Shown: positions 48,081 to 59,601 of the stretch, in pieces | Position numbering within the stretch: position 1 is the stretch's first letter | How the letters are laid out: the number at the start of each line of letters is the position of its first letter | Origin: Mustelus asterias | Lineage: Eukaryota | Assembly (NCBI RefSeq): GCF_964213995.1 | Contig: NW_027590177.1 | Coordinates: 124,001-188,000 of the forward strand | Length of the DNA: 64,000 nucleotides | Reading direction: 5' to 3' | Made by a program: the position numbers and the translations under genes | Notes under the pieces: generated by a model | The model's database searches: none | Told to the model about the DNA's origin: nothing | What the model saw: the letters and a program-made list of their open reading frames with translations, nothing else

Positions 48081-50329
48081 AAATCCTGCTCTCCAGATCC
48101 CACTGTCTCATGGGATGTCCTTCCCCATTTGTCTAAAGATCTGCAGGTCTGCTACCAGTCCCACCTTAGCAGTGAACAAGGCATGAGATGTGAAGCGTGT
48201 CCTGGTCACAGACCCAGGTTATTGACCACCATCTTTCACTGGGCAAAGTGCAGAAGGGCATGTGGGCAGTGCTCCCTGTCAGCAGAAGAGAATATGGTGA
48301 ATTTGAAGAGAAGATGGTGAATTTCCATCCCGGACTGACGGTGATGGATTTTGGAAACTCCTTTTACAAGGCATTAGAAGGGGAGAATTTGCATACAGCA
48401 AACTAAAACCAAGAAAAACGTTTGTCTCTTCTGAATTGCATTTCTGCACTGTCAGTGCTGGGATTTGTAAACTTCGTTTACAGTATATTAGAAGAGGATT
48501 TGTCGAAAAGACATCAATATCTGATAGCACCATTTGATTACAGCATCTGGATGTTATCGGTCTTTGAGTGGAAGTATCGGGTTCCAGGTCATTACCACTC
48601 ACTGTGGAAAATTTCTTCCTCATATCCCCTTGGTAGATCATTTTCAAAATCCTCAATCTGTGTCCTGTAATCGGATAATGGGAATAGTTAAACCTTATCT
48701 ACGTTATCTATACCTGTCATAAATTTGTACACCTCTGTCAAATCTCCCCTCAATCTCCTTTGCTCCAAGGAGAATAACGCCAGTTTCTCGAGCCTAACAT
48801 TGTAACCATAATCCCTCATCCCTGGAACCATTCAGGTCAATCTCCTCTGCACCCTCTCAAGGAGTCTCACATCCTCCATAATGTGTGGTGATCACTGGTT
48901 TGCACAGACCCAGATGTTCTGTGTACCTCCTTGTGATCTCATCACACACCCACAATTCCACAGTGACATCAGCCCCACTCCCCAGGGATTTCCTCAACTG
49001 GGAGACTTTTCTCTGACTCCAGTGTTTCTGATATCTTTCCAGCTGCAGGTCCCAACAGAAGAGTTTAAATTTTAAACAGTGAAATTGTTTCATAGATGAG
49101 TGTTTCTGACCATTCATCTACAATTGAGAGTTGTTAGTGCTGAGTTTTGTTATCTGTGAGAGGTTCCATGTCTTTAGGGCTGGTCTGACTCCTTTACTGT
49201 GGATCTGACTCCATGTGCATTCATTGCTCTGTTTCACCTCTGCTTTCCCTGATCACCTCTCTGTCATTGTCTAACTTCCTCTGTCTCTAATAATGGGTGT
49301 ATTTCACCTGTGTTCAGTATTTCATTATTAGTTCTGCCAAATGTGTCGAAAGAAGGTTCCCACTTGTAACGATGCGCTGCTGGCTGACCAGCTTCCCGCA
49401 ATATCTTTAATAGTCAGAAATTATTTTTCCTGTGTTCTAATCCACTTCTCCTATTTCTGAGGTTACATTACATTTGGCACCATTTTTATTCCACATAGTT
49501 CACCCTGGATCATTGATTCTGTCTTTCTCACCCCAGCTACTGCCTGACCTGCTGAATATTTCCAATATAAGCTCTTTTTAATTCAGATTTCCAGCGGCAT
49601 CAGTATTGGGCTTTTATTTTGTTGCCGACATTTCTGAGTCTAGAAATAGAGAGGAACTACTTAAGAACTGATTTGTATCAGGGTGGACCCTTGCATCTAA
49701 TGCAGGTCCTTTTTCATTGAGTCATAGAATCACAGAATGATTACAGGTGGAGCCCTTTAGCGTGTTGCACCCTTGTGGCTCTCTGCAAGGACAAGGCAGT
49801 TAGACTCATTCCCCTGCCTTTTCCTCATACCCCAGCAGCTTCTTTCTCTCCAGGGTCTTGTCCAGTTCCCTTTTCTTTGTTGTATCAGTTGGAGCTGGAA
49901 TGGAGATGTAGGAGAGCCTGTTGTGTTTAACCGCAAGGACTGTGGAACTCAGTTGGACCCAGCAATTTCCAATGTGAAATTGTCAAGGGAGCTGGATTCT
50001 GGGGAGATCAGGTTGTGAAACAGACACTGTCCGTACAAAGGAAAAGGATATTGTTAGAGGAACAGGTATTTCTGCAGATGCTATTTTTATGTTTCACACA
50101 TACATATGTTTAAAATTTAATTTTGGAATTTAGGCATCATAACAAGACCAGCAGCAAATACTCCCCATCTCCAGTTACCTTTGGAGAAGATGATATTTGA
50201 CTTTCTTGAACCACTGCAGTCCGTGTGGTGAAGGTGCTCTCGCAATACTGTTCGGTAAGGAGATACAGATTATTCACCCGGTGACGATGAAGGAACAATG
50301 AAATGTCTCCAAATCGGTAATAGCAGTGT

Positions 50330-51320
50330 GTATTGGACAGCACTTTTTTGCGTAATGGAACATTTCAGGGTGTTTCACAGAGTTCTATGATGCCACATTT
50401 GACTCAGCCATATAAAGAGGTATGAGGACAGATGGTCGAAGGTTTGGTTAAAGAGGTTTTGAGGAGAATCTTAAAGGGAGAAGGTGAGGGAGAGAAGCAG
50501 AGAGGTTTCGGAAGGAAATTCCACAGCTTGTGGGCTTGGCAGCTGAAGGTGCAGCCTCCAAAGATCAAACAGTTAAAATAAGGAATGGTCAGGAGGTCAG
50601 GAAAAGAGGAGTGCAGAGATCAGCAAAGATTCGACTTCACAGATGTGTGCGTGAGGTGGATTGGCCATGCTAAATTGCCCCTTAGTGCCAGGGGGATTAG
50701 CAGGGTAATATGTGGGGTTACAGGGATAGGGCCTGGGTGAGATTGTTGTTGGTGCAGGCCTCCTTCTGCGATTTAAGGATTCTATAATTCTATCTCAGAG
50801 ATTTGAGAGTCTCGAGGAGATTACACAGATAGTAAGGAGCCATGGAGGAATTTTAAAATAAGGACGAGAATTTTTTAAAAGTTGCTTATTGATCAGAAAT
50901 CTTTGTAGGTGAGTGCGCACAGGGGTGATGGGTGAACAAGACTTGATGTGAGTAAGCAGATTTTTGGATGAGCTCAAGATTACAGAGAGGTTGAATGTGG
51001 GAGGCCGCTGGGAGTGCGTTTAGATAGTTACATCTAGAGGTAACAGGAATGGATGATGGTTTCAGCAGCAGTGAGCTGAGACTGGAGTGGAGTCAATGAC
51101 GTCAGTGAGGTGGAATCGACGCTCTGGGTGATGATGTTGATATGTGATTGGAAGCCCATCTCAGTTACACAAAATACTCCCTGGCTGTGAACAGTCTGGT
51201 TGAGCCTCAGACTGTTTACCAGTGGGAGGGATGGAGTCCATGTCCAGGGGATGGAGTTTGTAGAAGAGACTGAAGGCAATGGCTTTGTACTTCCTAATAT
51301 GCAAGTGGATTGTCAGACAA
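50330..51320 (-). mobile_element. Old L2-like fragments with a SINE tail inserted at about 50640-50795
   Basis: ctagaggtaaca..ggatgatggtttcagcag; HITPV-like peptide in ORF 50795-50977. Confidence 0.6.
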
Positions 51321-51842
51321 GTCAGTGCAGTGTGTGTGTTGGAGAACTTGCAGGTGATAGTGTTCACATAATCCCGCTGCCCTGGTCCTTTGAGGTGAGG
51401 AGGTTCAGTGTTTAATGATTCGGTCAAAGTTCTGGCTGAGTGGTTTATGTATAAAATCCCTCTTCTTTGCCTCCTGCCTCTCCACTTCTCTCTTCTTCCC
51501 TCTCTCCCTCCTTCTCCTCCCTCAGAGGCCAAAGTCTTGTCCAGACCAGGTGGTAGGTTCCCTCCCCTGTAGGACATTAGTGAATCAGTTGGGTTTTTAT
51601 GACAATCCAGCAGTTTTCATGGTCACTTTTTCTTAGTGCTGGCCCCAGATTCATTCAGCTCAATTTCACAACCTGCCTTTGTGTTTTGGGGGTTCTCTCT
51701 CACTTCCTTTTTTCTGTTTTAAATCAATTTTGCAGAGTAACAGAAGGGAAGGTTTGCAGTCATGGAACAGGAAACTAAACATCACATCAAAATCTGAGAG
51801 TCAATTATTTTATCGTACCCTGAATATCATTGGATTTTAATC

Positions 51843-52712
51843 ATGGAAGGAAAACGCCCTGTTCACAGTGGGGAGAAACTATACACATGTTCTGTGTGTG
51901 GACGAGACTTCAACCAACCATCTGCCCTGTCAGAACATCAATGTCACCACACTGAGGAGAAGCCGTGGAAATGTGGGGACTGTGGGAAGGGATTCGATTA
52001 CCCATCCCAGTTGGAAATTCATCATCGCAGTCACACCGGGGAGAAACCATTCACCTGCTCGGACTGCGGGAAGGGATTTACTAAATCTTCCACCCTGCTG
52101 ACACACCGGCGCACTCACACTGGGGAGAGACCATTCACCTGCTCCGATTGTGGGAAAGGATTCACTCAGTCATCCAACCTGCTGACCCACCAGCGAGTTC
52201 ACACCGGCGAGAGACCATTCATCTGCTCAGTGTGTGGGAAGGGATTCACTTTTTCAGCCAACCTGATGACGCACCAACAAGTTCACACTGACGTGAGACC
52301 TTTTCAATGCCCAGACTGTGGGAAATCTTTTAAAACTCCCCAGGAACTTATGTACCATCAACGTCTTCACACTGAGGAGAGGCCGTTCAGGTGCTCACTC
52401 TGTGGGACAGGATTCAGACGTTTGTCACATCTCACTGTACACCAGCGCACTCACAGTGGAGAGAAACCATTCACCTGTTCAGAGTGTGGGGAGGGATTCA
52501 CTCAGTCATCCACTCTGCTGAGACACCAGCGAGTTCACACTGGGGAGAGACCATTCATCTGCTCCAAGTGTGGGAAGAGATTCACTCAGTCATCCACTCT
52601 TCATCGACACCAGCGAGTTCACACTGGAGAGAGGCTGTTCATCTGCTCCAAGTGTGGAGAGGGATTCACTAAGTTTCCCAACCTACTGATGCACCAACAG
52701 GTTCACAAGTAA
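51843..52712 (+). CDS. C2H2 ZNF, 10 fingers (Z6, MEGK type)
   Basis: ATG-initiated 289-aa ORF; acceptor ttttgcag near 51735. Confidence 0.9.
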   Translation: MEGKRPVHSGEKLYTCSVCGRDFNQPSALSEHQCHHTEEKPWKCGDCGKGFDYPSQLEIHHRSHTGEKPFTCSDCGKGFTKSSTLLTHRRTHTGERPFTCSDCGKGFTQSSNLLTHQRVHTGERPFICSVCGKGFTFSANLMTHQQVHTDVRPFQCPDCGKSFKTPQELMYHQRLHTEERPFRCSLCGTGFRRLSHLTVHQRTHSGEKPFTCSECGEGFTQSSTLLRHQRVHTGERPFICSKCGKRFTQSSTLHRHQRVHTGERLFICSKCGEGFTKFPNLLMHQQVHK

Positions 52713-52899
52713 CTAAAGAGATTGGATCGCATCCAGGCCTGAACCATGTTCATTGGGGTCTGTTGCTGCTGATGTTCATAAACTCCTATCCAGTTATAAT
52801 AGATAGTATTCTGGATTCAAAATACAATTAAATTAGATTCATTTTAATCAAACACTGGCCAGTTTTTAAAAATATCTCTAACACAATTCAGATTCTTCT

Positions 52900-53735
52900 G
52901 AAGGGCTCTCCCTCTCCCCTGTCTCCTGCATCCTCACCTCCAACAACTGAGAAGAGCTCAGGAGGTTCTTTGACACAAACATTGAGACAATCTGATCAGC
53001 TGCCTCTGCTGCTTCCTCCCTTCCACTGGACCACCAGGGCAAACTGTCTGCTTTTGTCCAGGTTCTGAACTCTGATCTCCCTTTGATCCTAATCTCACTA
53101 ACCTGCAGGACAACCAACTTCCCCATGTCAAAAACTCTCTCTTTCTCTTTCTCCCCCTCTAGCTCACCCACTGTCTCTCCTTCATTATTTATTGTTGTCT
53201 TTCCCCCTCTTTATCTCAGAGTATTGCCATCTGTGTTTCTCTGCCCATCTCTTGCTCAGTCTTTATCTCTATATCTGCCTCTGTGTTCTCCCCACCTCTC
53301 TACCTTACGTACAGATTTGAAAAATACAACCCTACTCTCTCTCTTCTGGCACTGTCTCTCTTAAATCCACCGTCATCAAATCTTTTGACTGCACCACCTT
53401 TGCGAATTATTGTGCCATCTCCAACCTGCCTTTCCTCTACATACCCCCTGAACTCAGTGTCCCCCAAGGATCTATCCTTGGCCCCTCCTATTTCTCATCC
53501 ACATGCTGCCACTGGGTGACATCATCCAAAAGCACCGTGTTAGTTTTCACCTGTACACTGACAACACCCAGCTCTACCTCACTCCCATCCCTCTCCATTC
53601 CTCCACTGTTACTAAATTATCAAACTGCTCATCCCACATCCAGTACTGAATGAGCAGAAATTCCCTGCAGTTAAAATTCAGGAAGACCAAAGTCTTCAGT
53701 CACCACGACAAATTCCGTTACCTAACTGCCCAGTG
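52900..53735 (+). mobile_element. Old L2-like fragments downstream of Z6
   Basis: gtgtcccccaaggatctatccttggccc (PQGSILG) and tacactgacaacacccagctctac (YADDTQLY-like). Confidence 0.7.
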
Positions 53736-53744
53736 TATGTGGTC

Positions 53745-55186
53745 ATAGAATCATAGAGTTTACAGCACGGAGCAAGGCTCTTCAGCCCAAATTGGTCCAT
53801 GCCAATGCCCATCTAAACTAACCCCATTTGCCTGCATTTGGCCCATCGCCCTCTAAACCTTTCCTATCCATGCTTCTATGCAAATGGCTTTTAAATGTTG
53901 TCAATGTTCCTGCCTCAACTCCTCCAGCAGCTCATTCCACATACATACCACCCTCTGTTTAAAAAGGTTTTCCCCTCTTAACTTAAACCTATGCCCTCTA
54001 GTTTTCAATTCCCCAACCCTGGGAAAAATAATAAGTGCATTTACTCTATCAATGCCACTCATGATATTATACACCTCAAAAGATCACCCCTCAGTCTCCT
54101 ATGCTCCAAAGAAAAAAGTCCTAGCCTGTCTAATCTTTCCTTAACTCAGTCCCTTGAGTCCTGGCAACATTCTTGTAAATCTCTTCTGCACTCTTTCCAG
54201 TTTAGTAACATCTTTCCTGTAGCAAGGCGACCAAAATTGAACACAGTACTCCGGGTGTGGCGTCACCAATGTCCTGTACAACTGCAACATACTTCCAAAC
54301 TACTATAATTAATGCACTGACTGATGAAGGCCAGCACACCAAAAGCCTTCACTGTCCTATCTACCTATGACTCCACCTTTAGAAAACTGTAGATCTGACC
54401 TCCGAAGTCCCTCTGTTCCACGATACTCCTGCAATTCACCATGAAAGCCCAACCTTGATTTGACTTTCCAAAATGCAACACCTCACACTTATTTGTATTG
54501 AACTCCATTTGCCATTTCTCAGCCCACTTCCCCAGCTGATCAAGATCCTGCTGCAATTGTTGATAAACTTCCTCACCGTCTACAATAGCACCTATTTTAC
54601 TGTCATCTGCAAACTTACTGATCATGCCTTGTACATTCTCATCCAAATCGCTGATATCAATTTCAAACAGCAATGGGCCCAGCACTGACCCCTGAGGCAC
54701 ACCACTAGTCACAGGCGCCCAGTCCGAGATGCATCCTTCCACCATTATCCTCTGCTTCCTACCATCAAGCCAATTGTATATCCAATTTGTCAGCTCTCCC
54801 TGGATTCCATGTGATCTAACCTTCCAGAACAGCCCACCATTTCGAACTTAATTAAAGGCCTTACTGAAGTCCATATAGACTGTCTACCACCCTACCCTCG
54901 TCAATCTCCTGGTCACTTCATCAAAGAACTCTAACAAATTTGTGAGGCATGATCTCCCATGCACAAAGCCGTGCTGACTACTCCGAATCAAACCCTGTCT
55001 TTCCAAATGTCTGTATATCTTATCCCTCAGAATCCTCTCTAGTAACTTACCCACCACAGATGTTAGGCTTACCGGTCTATAATTCCCAGGTTTTTCTTTG
55101 CAGCCCTTCTTAAATAAGGCCACAGTATTTGCTGCCCTCCAGTCAACTGGTACCTCACCGTGGCTAACAATGATGCAAGTATCTCA
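53745..55186 (-). mobile_element. Old CR1 that hosts the full-length element; continues at about 59606-59810
   Basis: RT fragments; DKSPGPD..LAEI at 59.6-59.7 kb joins EILASL at 55.18 kb. Confidence 0.85.
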
Positions 55187-55262
55187 TAGAACATAGAACA
55201 GTACAGCACAGAACAGGCCCTTCGGCCCACGATGTTGTGCCGACCTTCATCTGAAACCAAGA

Positions 55263-58169
55263 TCAAGCTATCCCACTCCCTACCATCCTGGTGTGCTCCA
55301 TGTGCCTATCCAATAACCGCTTAAATGTTCCTAAAGTGTCTGACTCCACTATCACTGCAGGCAGTCCATTCCACACCCCAACCACTCTCTGCGTGAAGAA
55401 CCTACCTCTGATATCCTTCCTATATCTCCCACCATGAACCCTATAGTTATGCCCCCTTGTAATAGCTCCAACCACCCGAGGAAATAGTCTTTGAACGTTC
55501 ACTCGATCTATCCCCTTCATCATTTTATAAACCTCTATTAAGTCTCCCCTCAATCTCCTCCGCTCCAGAGAGAACAGCCCCAGCTCCCTCAACCTTTCCT
55601 CATAAGACCGACACTCCAAACCAGGCAGCATCCTGGTAAATCTCCTCTGCACTCTTTCCAGCGCTTCCACATCCTTCTTATAGTGAGGTGACCAGAACTG
55701 CACGCAATATTCCAAATGCGGTCTCACCAAGGTCCTGTACAGTTGCAGCATAACCCCACGGCTCTTAAACTCCAACCCCCTGTTAATAAAAGCTAACACA
55801 CTATATGCCTTCTTCACAGCTCTATCCACTTGAGTGGCAACCTTTAGAGATCTGTGGATATGGACCCCAAGATCTCTCTGTTCCTCCACAGTCTTCAGAA
55901 CCCTACCTTTGACCCTGTAATCCACATTTAAATTTGTCCTACCAAAATGAATCACCTCACATTTATCAGGGTTAAACTCCATTTGCCATTTTTCAGCCCA
56001 GCTTTGCATCCTATCTATGTCTCTTTGCAGCCTACAACACCCCTCCACCTCATCCACGACTCCACCAATCTTGGTGTCATCAGCAAATTTACTGATCCAC
56101 CCTTCAGCCCCCTCCTCTAAGTCATTAATAAAAATCACAAAGAGCAGAGGACCAAGCACCGATCCCTGCGGCACTCCGCTAGCAACCTGCCTCCAGTCCG
56201 AAAATTTTCCATCCACCACCACCCTCTGTCTTCGATCAGACAGCCAGTTACCTATCCAATCGGCCAACTTTCCCTCTATCCCACACCTCCTTACTTTCAT
56301 CATAAGCCGACCATGGGGGACCTTATCAAACGCCTTACTAAAATCCATGTATATGACATCAACCGCCCTACCTTCATCAACACACCTAGTTACCTCCTCA
56401 AAAAATTCTATCAAATTTGTGAGGCACGATTTGCCCTTCACAAATCCGTGCTGACTATCCCGGATTAATCCGCATCTTTCTAAATGGTCGTAAATCCCAT
56501 CCCTAAGGACCTTTTCCATCAATTTACCAACCACCGAAGTCAGACTAACCGGTCTATAATTACCAGGGTCATTTCTATTCCCTTTCTTAAACAGAGGAAC
56601 AACATTTGCCACTCTCCAGTCCTCTGGCACCATCCCCGTGGACAGCGAGGACCCAAAGATCAAAGCCAAAGGCTCTGCAATCTCATCCCTCGCCTCCCAA
56701 AGAATCCTAGGATACATTTCATCAGGCCCAGGGGACTTATCGACCTTCAGTTTATTCAAAACTGCCAATACATCCTCCCTCCGAACATCTATTTCCTCCA
56801 GCCTATTAGCCTGTAACACCTTCTCTTCCTGAAAAACATGGCCCCTCTCCTTGGTGAACACTGAAGAAAAGTATTCATTCATCACCTCGCCTATCTCTAC
56901 TGATTCCATACACAAGTTCCCACCACTGTCCTTGACCGGCCCTAACCTCACCCTGGTCATTCTTTTATTCCTCACATAAGAGTAAAAAGCCTTGGGGTTT
57001 TCCTTGATCCGACCCGCCAAGGACTTCTCATGTCCCCTCCTAGCTCTCCTCAGCCCCTTTTTCAGCTCGTTCCTTGCTAACTTGTAACCCTCAATCGAGC
57101 CATCTGAACCTTGTTTCCTCATCCCTACATAAGCTTCCCTCTTCCTTTTCACAAGACATTCCACCTCTTTTGTGAACCACGGTTCCCTCACTCGGCCATT
57201 TCCTCCCTGCCTGACAGGGACATACCTATCAAGGACACCCAGTATTTGTTCCTTGAAAAAGTTCCACTTTTCATCAGTGCCTTTCCCTGACAGTTTCTGT
57301 TCCCATCTTATGCCCCCTAATTCTTGCCTAATCGCATCATAATTACCTCTCCCCCAATTGTAAGCCTTGCCCTGCCGTCCGGCCCTATCCCTCTCCATTG
57401 CAATAACAAAAGACACCGAATTGTGGTCACTATCTCCAAAGTTCTCTCCCACAACCAAATCTAACACTTGGCCTGGTTCATTTCCCAGTACCAAATCCAA
57501 TGTGGCCTCACCCCTTGTCGGCCTATCCACATATTGTGTCAGGAAACCCTCCTGCACACACTGCACAAAAAGTGCCCCATCCAAACTATTTGACCTACAA
57601 AGGTTCCAATCAATATTTGGAAAGTTAAAGTCCCCCATGACAACTACCCTGTGACCCCCACACGTATCCATAATCTGCTTAGCAATTTCTTCCTCCACAT
57701 CTCTATTACTATTTGGGGGCCTATAGTAAACTCCTAGCAACGTGACCGCTCCTTTCCTGTTTCTAACTGCAGCCCATATTACCTCAGTGTGCATATCCCC
57801 CTCAAAGTGCTTCTCCGCAGCCGTTAAACTATCCTTGATTAACAATGCTACTCCTCCACCTCTTTTACCAGCTTCCCTACACTTACTGAAACATCTATAC
57901 CCCGGAACGTCCAACAACCATTCCTGTCCTTGTTCTACCCACGTCTCCGTAATGGCCACAACATCGTAGTCCCAAGTACCAATCCACGCCCCAAGTTCAT
58001 CCACCTTGTTCCGGATGCTCCTTGCATTGAAGTAGACACACTTCAACCCATCTTCCTGTCTACCGGTACCCACCCTTGACCTTGATACCTTCCCCAATAT
58101 CTCACCACCCTCAACACTGACTTCCGGACTACAACTCCTTTTCCCACTCCCCTGACAAATTAGTTTAAA
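55263..58169 (-). CDS. CR1 ORF2p (APE endonuclease + reverse transcriptase), stop-free
   Basis: YFNARS, ITETW, GDFN, LDL and SDH (endonuclease); PGPD, YRPVSL, QHGF, PQGSVLGP and FADD (RT). No AUG before the endonuclease motifs. Confidence 0.9.
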   Translation of the reverse strand, partial: FKLICQGSGKRSCSPEVSVEGGEILGKVSRSRVGTGRQEDGLKCVYFNARSIRNKVDELGAWIGTWDYDVVAITETWVEQGQEWLLDVPGYRCFSKCREAGKRGGGVALLIKDSLTAAEKHFEGDMHTEVIWAAVRNRKGAVTLLGVYYRPPNSNRDVEEEIAKQIMDTCGGHRVVVMGDFNFPNIDWNLCRSNSLDGALFVQCVQEGFLTQYVDRPTRGEATLDLVLGNEPGQVLDLVVGENFGDSDHNSVSFVIAMERDRAGRQGKAYNWGRGNYDAIRQELGGIRWEQKLSGKGTDEKWNFFKEQILGVLDRYVPVRQGGNGRVREPWFTKEVECLVKRKREAYVGMRKQGSDGSIEGYKLARNELKKGLRRARRGHEKSLAGRIKENPKAFYSYVRNKRMTRVRLGPVKDSGGNLCMESVEIGEVMNEYFSSVFTKERGHVFQEEKVLQANRLEEIDVRREDVLAVLNKLKVDKSPGPDEMYPRILWEARDEIAEPLALIFGSSLSTGMVPEDWRVANVVPLFKKGNRNDPGNYRPVSLTSVVGKLMEKVLRDGIYDHLERCGLIRDSQHGFVKGKSCLTNLIEFFEEVTRCVDEGRAVDVIYMDFSKAFDKVPHGRLMMKVRRCGIEGKLADWIGNWLSDRRQRVVVDGKFSDWRQVASGVPQGSVLGPLLFVIFINDLEEGAEGWISKFADDTKIGGVVDEVEGCCRLQRDIDRMQSWAEKWQMEFNPDKCEVIHFGRTNLNVDYRVKGRVLKTVEEQRDLGVHIHRSLKVATQVDRAVKKAYSVLAFINRGLEFKSRGVMLQLYRTLVRPHLEYCVQFWSPHYKKDVEALERVQRRFTRMLPGLECRSYEERLRELGLFSLERRRLRGDLIEVYKMMKGIDRVNVQRLFPRVVGAITRGHNYRVHGGRYRKDIRGRFFTQRVVGVWNGLPAVIVESDTLGTFKRLLDRHMEHTRMVGSGIA

Positions 58170-59086
58170 TCCCCCTGAAGAGCCGTAGCAAATTTCCCTC
58201 CCAGGATATTGGTGCCCCTCTGGTTCAGGTGCACCCCGTCCTGTTTGTACAGGTCCCACCTTCCCCAGAACGTGTTCCAATTATCCACGTATCTGAAACC
58301 CTCCCTCCTGCACCATCCCTGCAACCACATGTTTAAGTGCACTCTCTCCCTGTTCCTCAACTCGCTATCACGTGGCACCGGTAGCGTACCAGAGATGACC
58401 ACATGTTTTGTCTTTGCTCTCAGCTTCCAGCCCAGCTCCCGAAATTCCTGTTTTAAATCCCCGTCCCTTCTCTTACCTATGTCGTTGGTACCAATGTGTA
58501 CCACGACTTGTGACTGTTTCCCCTCCCCCTTAAGAATCCGGAAAACACGGTCCGAGACGTCACGGACCCTGGCATCCGGTAGGCAACAAACCATCCTCGA
58601 GTCTCTTTTGCTGCCACAGAACCTCCTATCTATCCCTCTAACTAACGAGTCCCCAATAACTATTGCCCTCCCGCTCTCCTCCTTACCCTCCTGAGCCACA
58701 GGGACGGACTCAGTGCCGGAGATCCTCTCACTGCGGCTCACCACTGGTATGTCGTCCCCCTCAACCGTATCCAAAGCGGAATACTTATTGCTAAGGGGAA
58801 CGGCCACAGGGGATCCCTGCACCGACTGCTTCTTCCCAGCCCCTCTCAGCGTCACCCATCTATTTTCATTCCGCGGAGTAACTGTATCCCTGAAGCTTCT
58901 GTCTATGGCCATCTCTGCATCCCTAATGATCCTAAGTTCCTCCAACTCCAGCTCCAGTTCCCTTACACGGTTTTGGAGGAGCTGCAGATGGATGCACTTC
59001 TCACAGGTATAATCAGCAGGGACACTGACGTCGTCCCTCACCTCGAACATAGTGCAAGAGGAACATTGCACTGCCTTCACACCCAT
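58160..59086 (-). CDS. CR1 ORF1p (CxxC..CxxC zinc finger, coiled coil, SGNH esterase-like domain)
   Basis: CSSC..CEKC, heptad ELELEELR, and the GDSL, HIGTND and DGVH blocks. Confidence 0.9.
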   Translation of the reverse strand: MGVKAVQCSSCTMFEVRDDVSVPADYTCEKCIHLQLLQNRVRELELELEELRIIRDAEMAIDRSFRDTVTPRNENRWVTLRGAGKKQSVQGSPVAVPLSNKYSALDTVEGDDIPVVSRSERISGTESVPVAQEGKEESGRAIVIGDSLVRGIDRRFCGSKRDSRMVCCLPDARVRDVSDRVFRILKGEGKQSQVVVHIGTNDIGKRRDGDLKQEFRELGWKLRAKTKHVVISGTLPVPRDSELRNRERVHLNMWLQGWCRREGFRYVDNWNTFWGRWDLYKQDGVHLNQRGTNILGGKFATALQGDLN

Positions 59087-59226
59087 CCCCTCTAGATACC
59101 TTGCCAGTACCAGGTAGAAACAGCAAAAAATGAATTAACTCACCCCTGCTCGCCCTTTCTGCCTAAGCCCTGTGAGCCAAAGCCCTACAGCTTTCACTCT
59201 GCCTCCTGCTCACTCTGCTGCCCGCT

Positions 59227-59601
59227 AATGAGGCTGAAAACTGCAAGTTAAGCACTTTTAAACCCTCCAAAAACCTTCCCAGACTCCTGCTGGGCCCACT
59301 TCCTGTTTTAAAAAAAAACCTCCGATTTTTTACACAAATTTAACTTAAAATAAATAAATAAATGTAGTGAACAAACCAACTGCCTTCTCCTCAGCCTGGT
59401 CCTGTGGAACAATGAGGCTGAAAACTGCAAGTTAAGCACTTTTAAACCCTCCAAAAACCTTCCCAGACTCCTGCTGGGCCCACTTCCTGTTTTAAAAAAA
59501 AACCTCCGATTTTTTACACAAATTTAACTTAAAATAAATAAATAAATGTAGTGAACAAACCAACTGCCTTCTCCTCAGCCTGGTCCTGTGGAACAATGAG
59601 G
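59227..59601. repeat. 184-bp tandem repeat x2 at the CR1 5' end
   Basis: Units start at 59227 and 59411; a 7-bp partial unit starts at 59595. Confidence 0.93.

Noticed and set aside
56017-57969. Antisense ORFs within CR1 ORF2
   Set aside because: Typical shadow ORFs of RT coding sequence.
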